In this document: piece after piece, positions 40,869-53,596 of the stretch | Layout: the number at the start of each line of letters is the position of its first letter | Numbering within the stretch: the first letter of the stretch is position 1 | Assembly (NCBI GenBank): GCA_964016885.1 | Contig: OZ024743.1 | Location: 292,764,001-292,828,000 of the forward strand | Direction: 5' to 3' | From: Eledone cirrhosa | Lineage: Eukaryota | DNA: 64,000 bases | Notes under the pieces: generated by a model | The model's input: only the letters and a program-made list of their open reading frames with translations | Databases searched by the model: none | Told to the model about the DNA's origin: nothing | Translations under genes and position numbers: made by a program

Positions 40869-40940
40869 TATATTCGTGTACAGATATTGTTGCATAAACA
40901 ATAACGAAATATAAACATAAGTATTTATTTCACGAGGTTC
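40216..40940 (+). mobile_element. Putative non-autonomous Helitron 5' portion carrying a family J HHR segment
   Basis: TATATAAAACAGGGAATGTCTGTCTGTC..CTCGAGAATCACCCAACCAATTGTTTTCAAAC resembles non-autonomous Helitron 5' ends; 40890-40942 is shared with 63631-63683. Confidence 0.5.
40713..40763 (+). ncRNA. Hammerhead-like motif with CAGAAGA core (family J)
   Basis: AGTTT-CAGAAGA-TCCCGTTAAGGGT-GAAA-GCAGCGATTCTTCGC-TT-AAACT; copies at 42548-42598(-), 57814-57864(-) and 58711-58761(+). Confidence 0.65.
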
Positions 40941-40944
40941 GACA

Positions 40945-41565
40945 GCACCAAAAACAACAACAAAAAAGAGAGGGAACGCAACTTCATGCTTTTGAAAAAT
41001 ATTAATGGAAAATTATTTGCCTATTCACGCAAGGTGACTACGTAAAAGACGCAATGTTTAGACAAATCACAGAGGCAATAAACATAAATGAACTCCAACC
41101 AAATTAAATAGAAAGCATGAATGGAATAGCAACATCACAACTTACAATTAAGGACAAAATGAAAACACACATACACATAGAACAAACAACCAACCAGTAC
41201 ATGTAAATAAACAAATAAATAAACAAATATAAACACACACAGACACCCGAATGTAACACATGCGCAAACTAAGCACACAACACACACAAAGACAAGATGG
41301 CGTAGGACAGAACAAAGGAGAGGCACAAAAACAAAGAAAAGAATCACCAGTCACTGAAGAGGTCACAGAATGTGAGACGAAATAACTTTGACAATATATG
41401 AACAATCGTCTGGTTGTGGAACCAACCAACCAACCGGAAATTTATAAATTCCTAAATTTATAAATTTAATTTATAATAAATTGAAGTGAAAGCGTCTGGT
41501 GCGTGTGTTTCCTATTGGCAACATGACCCTCCAAAAGTATAACAATATCGGTTTCAACACACGTA
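40945..41565 (+). mobile_element. PLE 3' fragment (GIY-YIG C-terminus + family G HHR at 41350-41392)
   Basis: KDAMFRQITEAININELQP..NRKHEWN; GTCA-CTGAAGA-GGTCACAGAATGTGAGAC-GAAA-TAAC-TT-TGAC. Confidence 0.8.
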
Positions 41566-41573
41566 TATATATA

Positions 41574-42410
41574 TATCAAAATAAAGATCCGAAGGCATGG
41601 TATAAATTTCCAATCATTTTAATCATGACACATGTTTCAATAAGAGATAGATCGATCGTGTGGCCATGATCCATTATCACTGATCTCGTCAGGTGAAAAT
41701 GAATTGTCTTCAAATCCTTGATATGAGGGAGAAAATTTAACGATGTTCACTCACTAGAGTTTTGTCGCCCATATTTTTTTCCAATTTACATCGTCCAATT
41801 GAGATTTGACCAATTAACATTTGTTGTTTTGTAACCTAACTTTCGGTGAATGCTATGTTGGTATATATTTTTTTTTCTTTGACCTCGCATCGGTGTGTGT
41901 AAGAGTGTGTGTACTCACTCACACTAACTGTGACCGACTGTAATTCTACAGATTTGATGTTGAGATTAGACCTGTCCAGCGTCTTCTACAGCTATTGAGA
42001 GATAGAGACTTGATAGTTTTATGACCCTAATTGAAGACGATATCAGTCGGCGTGTGTTGGTTGCTTAATCTTCACATGGGGGACAATACTCTAGTGAGTG
42101 AACATCGTTAAATGTTCTCCCTCATATCAAGGATTTGAAGACAATTCATTTTCACCTGACGAGATCAGTGATAATGGATCATGGCCACACGATCGATCTA
42201 TCTCTTATTGAAACATGTGTCGTGATTAAAATGATTGGAAATTTATACCGTGCTTTCGGATGTTTATTTTGATACAAATACTCCGTTTTACATCATCTAG
42301 CTGTTCCTTTAAATGGAATTGGAGATATACAAAAGCGTGGAGAATTTAATATTGCTAACAAAAAGTTTATTGAACCGTATGACACAACCAATAATACACC
42401 TTACTATATA
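41574..42410. mobile_element. Fold-back HHR element (family K) with intact cores on both strands
   Basis: Arms 41574-41760 and 42088-42274; HHRs 41623-41696(-) and 42152-42225(+): TCAC-CTGACGA-..-GAAA-CATGTG-TC-GTGA. Confidence 0.85.
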
Positions 42411-42437
42411 ACAACTATATAAATATATATATATATA

Positions 42438-42600
42438 GTAATAATAATAAATTTGAAGACTAAAATCCAAAGACGGTTTGATAAGGATAAATATATATCA
42501 AATATATAAGAACCGTAGAACAAATATTTATTAAAATAACAGATTAAAGTGTAAGCAAAGAATCGCTGCTTTCACCCTTAACGGGATCTTCTGAAACTAT
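42438..42600 (-). mobile_element. Family J 3' fragment
   Basis: Reverse complement of 58711-58872. Confidence 0.8.
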
Positions 42601-42612
42601 ATATATATATAT

Positions 42613-43208
42613 ACTGACGAAGGACTATTTTTATCATATGTAACCCATGTGCAAACCACGCAGTATTCTTCTTTTTTTTCATGTTTTTTTATATATATTT
42701 ACCTCGGCTGCGTTTGTCTGTTTCTCTCTTACTGCTTCCCCGCTCTCTCTGTTTCTCTCACCTTCTTTCGCCCCTCTGTCAGTTACACTTTCTCTCGACT
42801 GACCTCTTCCTCACACTTCCACTCACTCACTCTCTGTTTCTCCCCTTCTCACTTCCTCCCGTTTGGCTTGTGTGGGTCTCTTCTTGCTCACATCTTACAC
42901 ACATCGATACGTTCTGTACCTCTCTCGCTCATGAAATCCACCCAGATTATGCTGACCGGACAACCATGTTGCTTGTTTATTTTCCTATCTTCGGTTTGCT
43001 TTTATCCGTCTATGTTGTTTACTTGTCCCCCTCGCTTTACGCGAATTACTGGTCCCAATAACTTTTTTTAGTTATTACTCGTACCAACCTGAGGTATCTG
43101 ATTTTTAATTCGATGAAATACCAATGATGGTTGGAAAATCACTGACGAAGGTCTATTTTTATCATATGTAACCCATGTGCAAACCACGCAGTATTCTTCT
43201 TTCTTCTC

Positions 43209-43216
<8 letters not shown>
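42613..43216 (+). mobile_element. Non-coding element bounded by ~75-bp direct repeats (528-bp period) in (TA)n
   Basis: 42613-42690 matches 43141-43216; both start ACTGACGAAGG. Confidence 0.7.
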
Positions 43217-43265
<49 letters not shown>

Positions 43266-43272
<7 letters not shown>

Positions 43273-43712
43273 AGTTTACATTTGTTTCACTGAACTGGTC
43301 TGTCTAGAGATCGCTATCCGCCTAATTTTGCGTCACTCGATCGCCAATACAGAATTATAACCAGTCAGATCTTCGGAGCATGCGAGAAAGATCTGACTGG
43401 TTATAATTCTGTATTGGCGATCGAGTGACGCAAAATTAGGCGGATAGCGATCTCTAGACAGACCAGTTCAGTGAAACAAATGTAAGCTATGTGATTAAAA
43501 ACTTTTTTGTATAGCAAACCATGTAAACCTTCTTTCCTGATTTATTATTACTCCAAGTGTTTACAACATAGGAATTACAGCATACCCGCAGCATCACTAT
43601 GAAAACGCCTTGTTGAGTCAAACCAAGCCAAGCGTTAATATCATCCACTACCTGGAATACCATAACTGGACTTCACCTAAGTGGACTGCATTTAACTATT
43701 ATTTGTTAATCC

Positions 43713-43714
<2 letters not shown>
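43266..43714. mobile_element. Fold-back HHR element (family L, CCGAAGA core, long stem II)
   Basis: Arms 43269-43373 and 43388-43492; minus strand CATGCT-CCGAAGA-TCTGACTGG..CCAGTTCAGT-GAAA-CAAATG-TA. Confidence 0.75.
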
Positions 43715-43780
<66 letters not shown>

Positions 43781-43786
<6 letters not shown>

Positions 43787-46700
43787 ATACTTGGGGAGGG
43801 TCATATTTGTGTAATAATATTGCCAGAATTAATAACAGAACACACTCACTGTTTGCTTGGTTTTCGCTTCTGTGTCTTTTATACCGGTTAATTTAATTTA
43901 TTCGGTCCTCAATGTTACCATTGACTGACCAACGGTCAAAAATACAGATACAATATAGACACATACACATATATATAGTCTAACAAAGTTCTTTCGTTGC
44001 ACATCTGCAACATTGTCAGTGGTGCTATTATGTTTCCTCCCGTTGTATTGTATGCCTACACCATCTTTATTTAGTCTGTTTATTTATTGTTTATGTCCTC
44101 TCTGCGCATGCGTTTGCGTGTGTGTATAGTGGTTTCTTTGATGTGTGTTCGTGTTTAGGTGACTGTGTGTTGGTTATTGTATTCTATCTTAGTTTACTAG
44201 TGTGTGTTTATATGTGGTTGTTGTTATTGTGCTTGTGTATGTATTTATTTATTTATACTTCCCTTAGGTCAGTGTTGTTTGTTTGGGTGTTGTTATTCCA
44301 TTTATTTGTTCTATTTAGCCTTGGCCTTCTAAGTTCTATTTCGCTGGCCTCTCTGATTCGCCTATCTGCTGGGTCATTTCTATGTTTAGATATTATTCTA
44401 TTTTCTATGTTGTCTATGTTACCGTCGTGCTGTTGTCTGGCATGTTCGTATAGTACTGAACCGTTTTTTCGTCCTTTTAGTTCCCCCCAATGTTGGTCTA
44501 TCCTTTCACCTATGCTACGAGCTGTCTCGCCTATGTATGTTGTTGTCATGTTTGTGGAAGTACCCTCTGTACATCTTATGCTATAGACTACGTTTCTAGT
44601 TTTGCAGTTTATCCGGGGGTTTACTTTACATATAATACATTCCCTACTAGTACAGTGGGTTTTCTTAAAAGGGTAGGTTTTGCTAATCAGGGATTTTATG
44701 GTGGTTCCTGGCTTTTCTACCACCTTAATCTTTAAGTGGGTCTTTCTCAGGGCTTTTCTACACTGGTTAGCTAATTTCGCTCCAGGGGTAGCTTCAACAA
44801 ACATGACACTCTGGTATCTCTGGTTGTCGTACCATGAGGTGGCTTTCCCTCTCTTATGTCTAGTCCTATCTAAGCTATTCCATGATTTGCTCCTGTATAA
44901 TGGGCAAATTCCTTTCATGTCCAGTTCTATGAGGGTCTTATACTTTTCCGTGGCTCCTTCGTATACTCTGATTCTGTCTCTTTGGTTATAGCCAGAGAAC
45001 TGCATGTGGCTGATGAAGTGTTGGATGTGTCTTTACATTTCTGTTGGGTCGCACATGCGGTACACGTTCTTCATCACTCGTACCAAGTTTGCGATCAGAA
45101 TATTAAACTTAGCACTACTGGACATTGCTGAGTTTTTGAGTATCAGGTATTTGGAGGCCATAGGTTTAGATTAGTTTGAGTGGATAATTTGGGTTCTCTC
45201 GTCTATAGTGTTAATCCAGAGTTCCGTGTCTAATACAGGTAGTCCATTGTTAGGGTGTTTGGAAGGGTAGTCGATAGCTACAGTTATACTCTGTTGTATG
45301 GAATTAGCTATCTGCTGGATGCTTTCCATTGTGCTACGTTCTAAATCAAACTTGTTGGTACTCTTTTGTGGGGATGTCCTTATTACTATATTGATGTCGT
45401 CTACGTAATTAGAGTACATGATGAGGTATATGGAGCTCTCATCGAGGAGATCTTTAAGGCTCCTTTCCCACCATACCATAAAAAGGTTGGCAACGTCACC
45501 AGCTAAAAAGGTTGGCAACGTCACCAGCTATGCTGACGCCAATGGCTGCTCCCTCATTTTGGGTGTAGATCTTCTCGTTGAATTTGAATATGTGGCCCTT
45601 TAGGGTAGTTTTGATACTAGCTCCTATTGCATGTGCGACCATTTTTCTTACCTGATCATTGTTTTGGGGGTCCGTATAGCTTTGGTCCACCCAATCCACC
45701 TTCCTATGGGAGTCTTTTTTTGCCATTGAGGTTATGGTGGGTGGTCTACCTCTTATGGGTCTACTGGGGCAGAAACGTCTAAGGTCATGGCTATCTAGGT
45801 AGTCAGTGTCATAGGTAAGTCTAAGTAGGAAGCCAAGTTCGTCTGTGTCGACGTCGCAGAACTCCACCTCACTCTCAATGATCATCTCCACACATTTTTC
45901 CACAGCAAAATCAATGTTAATGGATGGGTACAGTGATACCACATCCATACTGCCTATTATGCAGTTGGATAGGTTCCTGTTTTTGTTGCACTCACTGATT
46001 CTGCTGAGGAGGTCCTCTATACTGTCACATACAACTGGGGTCATCTTGATTATGGGGCGTATAACCATTGAGAGGAAGTAGGAGATCCTGTAGTTGCTAG
46101 CTATATTTGCTCCGCATATAGGTCTTGTTGGTGGTCCTGTTGTCGGGTCGTCGACTGTCTTGTGGTCTTTGCGGGGCCCATACAAGGGTGGTATGCCATT
46201 GTTAGACGCCTGGAAGTTGTTGGCAGTGCGTCTGTTTGGCTTTAGGATGTCGGTCTACATCATGATGTGAGCGTTGAGGATTTTCTCTCTCACATCATGT
46301 ATTTGCTGTGCAATTTCACTCGTGTTGGTGATGTGGGGTTGCATAGCATTGATGTAGTTCGGCATGTTGTCTATTGACATCCTACCACACTTATCCGTGG
46401 GTAGACATACTACCTCACCATCCCTTGTGCGCTGCTTGGTTTCTTCCCAAGTTGCTGGACATCTGGTCTGCTCTGTCTCTTAGTATACCGGTCTACTATT
46501 TGTCTAATCTTATTTCTAGCTATGGTGAACTGTGCCTCTGTCTCGTCATCTATTTGTTGTGGTATGAAAACCCTTTTATTAAAGAGTAAACCTCGTAGGA
46601 TAGATATGACCCATCTTATATGTTTTGTCAGCTGGATTGAAGAATAGTTTCTCTAAGGGGTTGTCATTATATCTATCGTCATAGTTGTGTGTGTTGCTAT

Positions 46701-48025
46701 TATTGTTATTATGGTAGTTGTTATTGTTCCTATCATTAGCATTATTATTATTGTTATGATTGCTAGATGTATTGTTGCTGTGATTGTTAGATATATTGTT
46801 GTTGTTTTCTCCACCGTTATTGTTGTTGTTACTGTTATTTCTACCATTGTGGTTGTTACTTTTATTATGTTTCTTGTTTTTGATGTTGTTGTGTCTATCA
46901 TTAATGTCGTTACATATATTATTACTATTATTACCACTGTGGTTGTTATTGTTGTTACTCGTATTATTACCATTATTACTACTATGGGCGCTGCTGCTGT
47001 GTCTGTAGTTAATGTTTCTATTATTATTATTGTGGTTGTTGTTGTTCTGTCTATCGTTAATATTATTACCATTATTACTATTTCTCACTCTCCTGCTATT
47101 GTTATTGTTATGACTATTACTATTATAGCTGTTATTTCTATACTCAGAGTTACTGTTTATATTACTACTATCGTTATTATTGTTTTTGTTGTCCGTATAG
47201 TTGTTGTTGTTGTTTACTTTTGCATTCCAACATATTTTTGTGAAACACTTTTCCAGCTCTGTTTTGCACTCGATAGGGTTAATCTTTTTGTAGATAGCAA
47301 ATTTTGGTGGTAGCTGCAGAATTTGTTGTTCTTGTTCACTGATTAAAGTGTTCCCATAAATATTTACTGTGTGGTCATTGGTAAATTATTCCGGTAGTTC
47401 TACATCAGTCATACGGATATTGTTGATGTTATCTGGGTATTTTGTGAATATTCTATTTTTCTTTCTTCTAGTTTTTTTCTTATTCGTCCATTCTAATTTC
47501 TTATTGAAATTCCTATTGCATTCGTTTCGGCCGTATTTCGTTTCATGTCGAATGACGCTCATGAGTTCATCCCTCTCGTTTGGTGTGGTGAGATTTCGGA
47601 CTTCTTTACCGTTAGTGCGTTTCTGTCTGTAAAGTTCGTTGACTTTTGTGTATGTTGTTCTTTTCATATTAACTGTTATTGTGTGTTTTAGTCGTTCAGC
47701 TTGTGTTTTGTTCAATAATAAATTATTTACTTGTTTTGATATGTTTGTTGTGTATATTTTGAAGGAAACACAGTGTTTTAAGAAGCGGATTTGTTCTGTT
47801 GTTATTGTAGTTTTTATATAACAGAAAACAGTGTCTTTCAATTACCTTTCAGCTTGGCACAAGCTAATGCCATAACGGCGATGAATTAGTTTTGCGAGGT
47901 TTTTTATATGAAATCATATGTCGAAACAAATATTGTTATACTTGGGAAGGGTCATGTTTGTGTAATCATATTGCCAGAATTAATAACAGAACACACTCAC
48001 TGTTTGGTCGGTTTTCGCCTCTGTG

Positions 48026-48031
<6 letters not shown>
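43781..48031 (-). mobile_element. Full-length decayed Penelope-like element with ~100-bp direct pLTRs and family G HHR (43982-44023)
   Basis: 43781-43881 matches 47932-48032; RT PTRPICGA, GSMDVVSLYPSI, GAAIGVSIAG, YVDD; EN VVYSIRC..YIGETARSIGERIDQH; 25-bp tandem duplication at 45481-45530; HHR CTGACAA-TGTTGCAGATGTGCAAC-GAAA. Confidence 0.93.
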
Positions 48032-48084
<53 letters not shown>

Positions 48085-48108
48085 GTATAAAATCAATACA
48101 ATATTATT

Positions 48109-48180
48109 ACCTCATTACCAGAGGTTTCCCGAATGAGGCGAATACGAAATAAACGACTTCATTCGTTCGTCAGACGAGGC
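48109..48180 (-). ncRNA. Hammerhead (family M) in the 3' pLTR
   Basis: GCCTCGT-CTGACGA-ACGAATGA..TCATTCGG-GAAA-CCTCTGG-TA-ATGAGGT. Confidence 0.88.
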
Positions 48181-49436
48181 AATATAAAACATGGGCAAAT
48201 ACCCAGAAATACACATCAAGAAAATCAAAAAAATATATAGATAAATGAAATAGAAATTGAAATATATAAAAATCTATCAAGAAAAATAGTTAGGTGTGTG
48301 TATGTGTATGTATATACGCTCATAGATGTGCATATATGTATATGTGTACGTGTAAATGTATGGTTAGAAAGTGTGCGTAATTATAAAAATAAAAGTTTAG
48401 GGCAAATGTATCTATATGTCTGTATTATGCAGACGGAAATGGTTACTTCGTAAAAATAAGAAAATAAAGTCGCGCGCATAAAAAACGGCTGGACACTCGT
48501 ACATTTAGATACGGAAAGTAAGGAGATGAGAGTATAATAAATAAAAGAAAAGTATCTATTACGATATATTTATAAAAATATAGTAACGATAAATTAGAAA
48601 GACAAGATAGAAAGAAAAATTAAAGAAAACAAAAAAAGCGGGGGTACATACATACACAGACACGCGTGTCTCACAAAAGAAATGTAAAAATAATTATGCT
48701 TATATACACACACGCGCTTACACTTCCATGCGTTCGATACGTACATACAGACACACACACACACACATACTTATACTCGCGCATATAAACCTGTTTGCAT
48801 GCCCATGTATGAAACTGGGTAAATAACAGAAGAGGGAAGGGGGGGGGGAGAAGAAAAAAGCAAGAAACAAACAAAAAAATATAAAACCGAAATATCAAAA
48901 ACACGGATATAAAGACACTTACACATACGCATAATATACACACACGCACACACACAAACACCAGTACACGCACGCATACATACACGTACATATATATATA
49001 TATATATACACACATACATGCACGCACGCGCGCGCACATACGCAGTCACTCATGTACATATATAAAAAAAATTATACATACGTTAAGGCGTTCAGCCATA
49101 TTGAAATGTGGATAAATAAATACAAATATAAAATTGTAAGATAGGCTGCGCAAAAATAAAATAAAAATAAAAATGAGAAATATATCTGGATTGAAAAACA
49201 CAAAAGACAAGTATAATCAGTTAGTAGAGGAAAAAGGGAAGTAAAAGAAGGGGAAGTAAAAAATAGAAAATAGGAAGTGGATCAGAGAATAAAGGGGTGG
49301 GGTGAAGTAAAAATAAATAAAAAATAAATAAAAAAATAAATAAAAAATAAATAAAAGTGAAAATAAATGAAATTATCGACAAGGATAAGAATGAAAGTAA
49401 GTCAGAAAGGGTAATTAAAAAGAGAATAATCAGAGT

Positions 49437-51471
49437 TTATGGAGGATAAGTGTCTGAAAGTGTGTTAAGTTTATATGAGCTGGAAAGCAGGTGTGATTTC
49501 ATGTGTGGGCAACTGGTAAAAATTTCCGTCTTTGTGTTCAGGCAGGTCTTTGGTGATTTGAGATTTTGCAATATCCAAAATTTATCTAGTTTATATTGGA
49601 TGCCTTGGTCTTTCAAATCCCAGATTCTGCTAGCCAGAGCTGTTGTAAATCTTTTTTCTGGATGTCGAAAGGATGCGACATGTGAGTAATAACGCGTTTT
49701 GAATTTGTCTTGCGTCATACCCACATATCGTTCACTGGTGACTGGATGGTTGTTGCTGATAGTTGTCACATTAGCCGCATATACAATGGCTTTGGTGTTA
49801 CATTTACCTTGTAATGGGCATTCACTTTTGATTCTACAGGAGCAAGTTTGATTTTCTCTAGGTGATGTTTTGTTGAGGATATAGGACTTAATAGGGGGAC
49901 CGCAGGAATAGCTAATTTTAACACAGTTTCTGTTAAAGATCTTATAGTATCTATGTGTTCTAGGGAAATGTTTATCTAGGAGTTCTAGGAATTTTTTGCC
50001 TACATTAGTTTTAACTGCTAGAGAGTAGGGGGGGTGTGAACCAGATTATTTTTCTTTTCCTATTTTTATGTTTAATAGAGTTAGTGTAGTTAGGTATGTA
50101 TTTAATCGGTTCGCTAAAGCCGCTATTTTGGAGGGCTTTATTATAGTAGGGGGATGCCTTATTGAAAATAGCTTCTGATGAAGAGAGGGTGGAGATCCTA
50201 CGGCTAATATTAGGGATAAGGTTTTTAAAAACTATAGGTGGATGGCAAGATCCTTTATTTATATATTTTAAGTTTTCATTAGGTTTATGGTATGGTTTAT
50301 AAGAAGCAGTAGGCAAATCTAAATTTATATCTAGGAAATCTACGTTGGAAAGGTTAGTATCAATAGTAATTTTAAGATTAAAACTAGCAAAGGTTTTTAT
50401 TAAGTCTTTCCTTAATCTATCTAAGTTATGGCCTATGGTGGTATGGGAAAGTATTAAACCATCATCGCGATAAAGCCCAAAAATATGGTTAGGAAATTTA
50501 TCTTTAAGTGTATGTAAGAGGAATAGGCCGACCAGATCACAAACCTCGGCACTGTCATAAGAGCCCATCGAGACATCGAATGGGTTCTCTGGGTTAGATA
50601 TTTTTACCCAAGTGTCATTATCATTAAAAAGTAGAGTGTTCCTAGCATGCAAGATTACGTCCTCTTCAATATCGGAGATGTTAGTGAACCCTCTAGCGAA
50701 ATTTAAAGCTTTCACTAAAAGGGTCTGAGTAATAGATGGATAGAAATCTACGATATCGAATTGGGTGAATCTAGAACTGATTTTGTTTTTAATGTTATTA
50801 AACCAATGTATTACGGAAGAGCTGTTTATCCATTGGAGTGATTTTGACTTACTTCTAATGTGTGTATTTAATTTATTTAAAATTTTTTTACTGGCAAGAC
50901 CAATATCAGTCTTAGCAGGGTTGATTAGTCTACAACTAGGTCGATTAATAAAGTCGGGTTTATGATCTTTAAGGGTGATATACGCAGAACGTTTAGCAAG
51001 TTTTTCTGTCCTATTATCTATTTTTAAAGAAAAAGCTAATTCTTTAGCTTCCTTATTTATATTATGGTACGTATTTATATTAGCTATTTGGTATTTAGAG
51101 GTGATAACTATTAATAGTTGGTCGTGTAAATTATTATTAACTTCATATAGGTTTTTAGTTTTATCTGAGAAGATGAACTTATTATTAGAAGATTTGAAAG
51201 TAGAAATATCATTAGATAATTTGATGTTGTTGATAAGGTTAACTAGATCTAATTCAAAGACGGTCATATCTTTTACTCTTTGCGGGTATTTATGAGTTTT
51301 GATGTCAAAATGTTCAGTAGAATCTGTGTTAAATTGACCATCGAGAATCAAAGCTTTCCATCTCATTCTTTTAACACCCTTCTCTACTTTGTCTATCAGT
51401 ATTTTCGTGTATAGAGTATTAGAAGGTGTTGGGATATTCTTTACAGAGTAGTCCAATGGGTATTTGTCCAT
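49437..51471 (-). pseudogene. PLE RT + GIY-YIG ORF with a frameshift at the G-run near 50030 and apparent small deletions
   Basis: YSVKNIP, LKDHK..CRLINPAK, FDIVDFYPSIT, FDVSMGSYDSAEVCDLVG, GLYRDDGL; then CSCRIKSECPLQGKC..IVY..YVGMTQDKFKTRYYSH. Confidence 0.9.
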
Positions 51472-51691
51472 ATTCGGTATTGGTTTAAAATACTATGACT
51501 GGAGAGTGCTCGACTTAAAAAGGGCTGGAAGGTGCCAATCTCATAACGATGTAGAATATGCTACGATCATTCCCTTGGGAGCTTTATAAGTATTGAAATT
51601 TCAGTTAGAAACAGAAAAGGTCATAGAAATGAAGAGTGCTCTATGTAAGTATCAGAGCAAATTTAATGTATAAAATCAATACAATATTATT

Positions 51692-51763
51692 ACCTCATTA
51701 CCAGAGGTTTCCCGAATGAGGCGAATACGAAATAAACGACTTCATTCGTTCGTCAGACGAGGC
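51692..51763 (-). ncRNA. Hammerhead (family M) in the 5' pLTR
   Basis: Identical to 48109-48180, offset 3583 bp. Confidence 0.88.
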
Positions 51764-52189
51764 AATATAAAACATGGGCAAATACCCAGAAAAACACATC
51801 AAGAAAATCAAAAAAATATATAGATAAATGAAATAGAAATTGAAATATATAAAAATCTATCAAGAAAAATAGTTAGGTGTGTGTATGTGTATGTATATAC
51901 GCTCATAGATGTACATATATGTATATGTGTACGTGTAAATGTATGGTTAGAAAGTGTGCGTAATTATAAAAATAAAAATTTAGGGCAAATGTATCTATAT
52001 GTCTGTATTATGCAGACGGAAATGGTTACTTCGTAAAAATAAGAAAATAAAGTCGCGCGCATAAAAAACGGCTGGACACTCGTACATTTAGATACGGAAA
52101 GTAAGGAGATGAGAGTATAATAAATAAAAGAAAAGTATCTATTACGATATATTTATAAAAATATAGTAACGATAAATTAGAAAGACAAT

Positions 52190-52800
52190 GCCTTTCTTTC
52201 TACAATTGGTATCTGACAAATCTTTTATCTACTCATCAAACTGCATCATCTTCAGAATATTGACCACTATATTCAGTACAATAACTGGTCAAATTGAACC
52301 AGATTTACAGTCGAATCTACAGAAATTGAGATGTGCCATACTTGATGACATGTAGTACACCCAGACATATAAGACCCCTCCTTATTTCAGTAGTGAATAT
52401 TAAGAAAAACTTTAGCCTACCAAACCTTGCACGTAAGACCCGTGTGATATTTGTTAGCCATTTGGTGAGAAACAATGGATCATATGTGCCAGAAAATATG
52501 ATACTTGGTTGTTTTGAGATCTGCCATAATATCTTTCTTAAAATATTTTGCCATCAACAGAACAATTTCTTCTTCGTAAATTGTTGGTTACAAGTATGAC
52601 TGTTTACTATTTCCAGGCTTGCCAAATCATCTCAAACGACCCAAAGAAAAGGATGAAATTGTGCAATAAGTTCTATAATTCCCAAAGGAATTTTCATGGT
52701 GTTTAGATCCAATGGTCTTTTCATTACCAAGCTGCTCTCAGTGAGAACTATTCTCAAATTCACATGGTTTCAGTCGAGTATTTCCTATTTTCCTTTATTT
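52190..52800 (-). mobile_element. hAT (Tip100/ZMYM-like) transposase remnant
   Basis: Frameshifted LGIIELIAQFHPFL, FGKPGNSKQSYL and ISISVDSTVNLVQFDQL. Confidence 0.65.
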
Positions 52801-53249
52801 TCTAACTACCTGTTAATATGAGAAGATTCCCTACATAGAAGATTTGAATCGGAATTTGTTCGTGAGTTATCAGAGTTTTCCCTAGGACTGCTGATGCCCA
52901 GGTCACACTGAATTTTGTCGCCAATCCGAGTACTTATATATATATGTATATACATTAATTTGAAGATATGATGCATGGTACTCCGACAATGATGCACATT
53001 TGTATAAGGAAGACAAAAAGGAAAAGAAGGGAAAATATTGTATATAAAACATGCTGCTTTTAATCACAAACATTATAAAATTTAAATCTTAGAATATAGA
53101 CTTCGTTTTCACCAACGCAAGGGACTTCCAAAATCACCACCCCACCCCCAAAGTAAATGAAAACAAAAACTGTAAATGTAATTTAAAGAGAACAGTTCAA
53201 ATACAACATGAAAGTTTCAAATCCTTTCAAGAGAAGATATAGTATAGAG

Positions 53250-53314
<65 letters not shown>

Positions 53315-53596
53315 GTCGGAGAGAGAGAGAGAGGTTTACCAAACATTTCTTCTTTCCTGGCCATTAAAATTTGCAATAATTGAAAAGCAACATCATTCGT
53401 CATCTTCTCTCTCCTTAAATGATGTTCTTTCGATCTAGTTATCCTTTCTCAGTAACCCCTTACATGTTAGTGGCTTTATTGCTCGGGATGAGTGAATTAA
53501 AAAATATGCTGATTATTATCACATCAGGATATAAGGAGTGAATAGCATTATACACGGTGAAGAAACAATAATTTATAGTTTCGATGATAATAATGA

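Larger units (their letters stand above)
48081..52188 (-). mobile_element. Young near-complete Penelope-like element (probably Hydra clade) with 525-bp direct pLTRs
   Basis: 48081-48605 matches 51664-52188 with about 3 mismatches; ORF 51471 to ~49437; (TA)n at the 3' end. Confidence 0.95.

Noticed and set aside
46687-47313. 208-aa hydrophobic ORF on the plus strand as a membrane protein
   Set aside because: It is the antisense reading of the Asn-rich (AAY)n tract of the PLE
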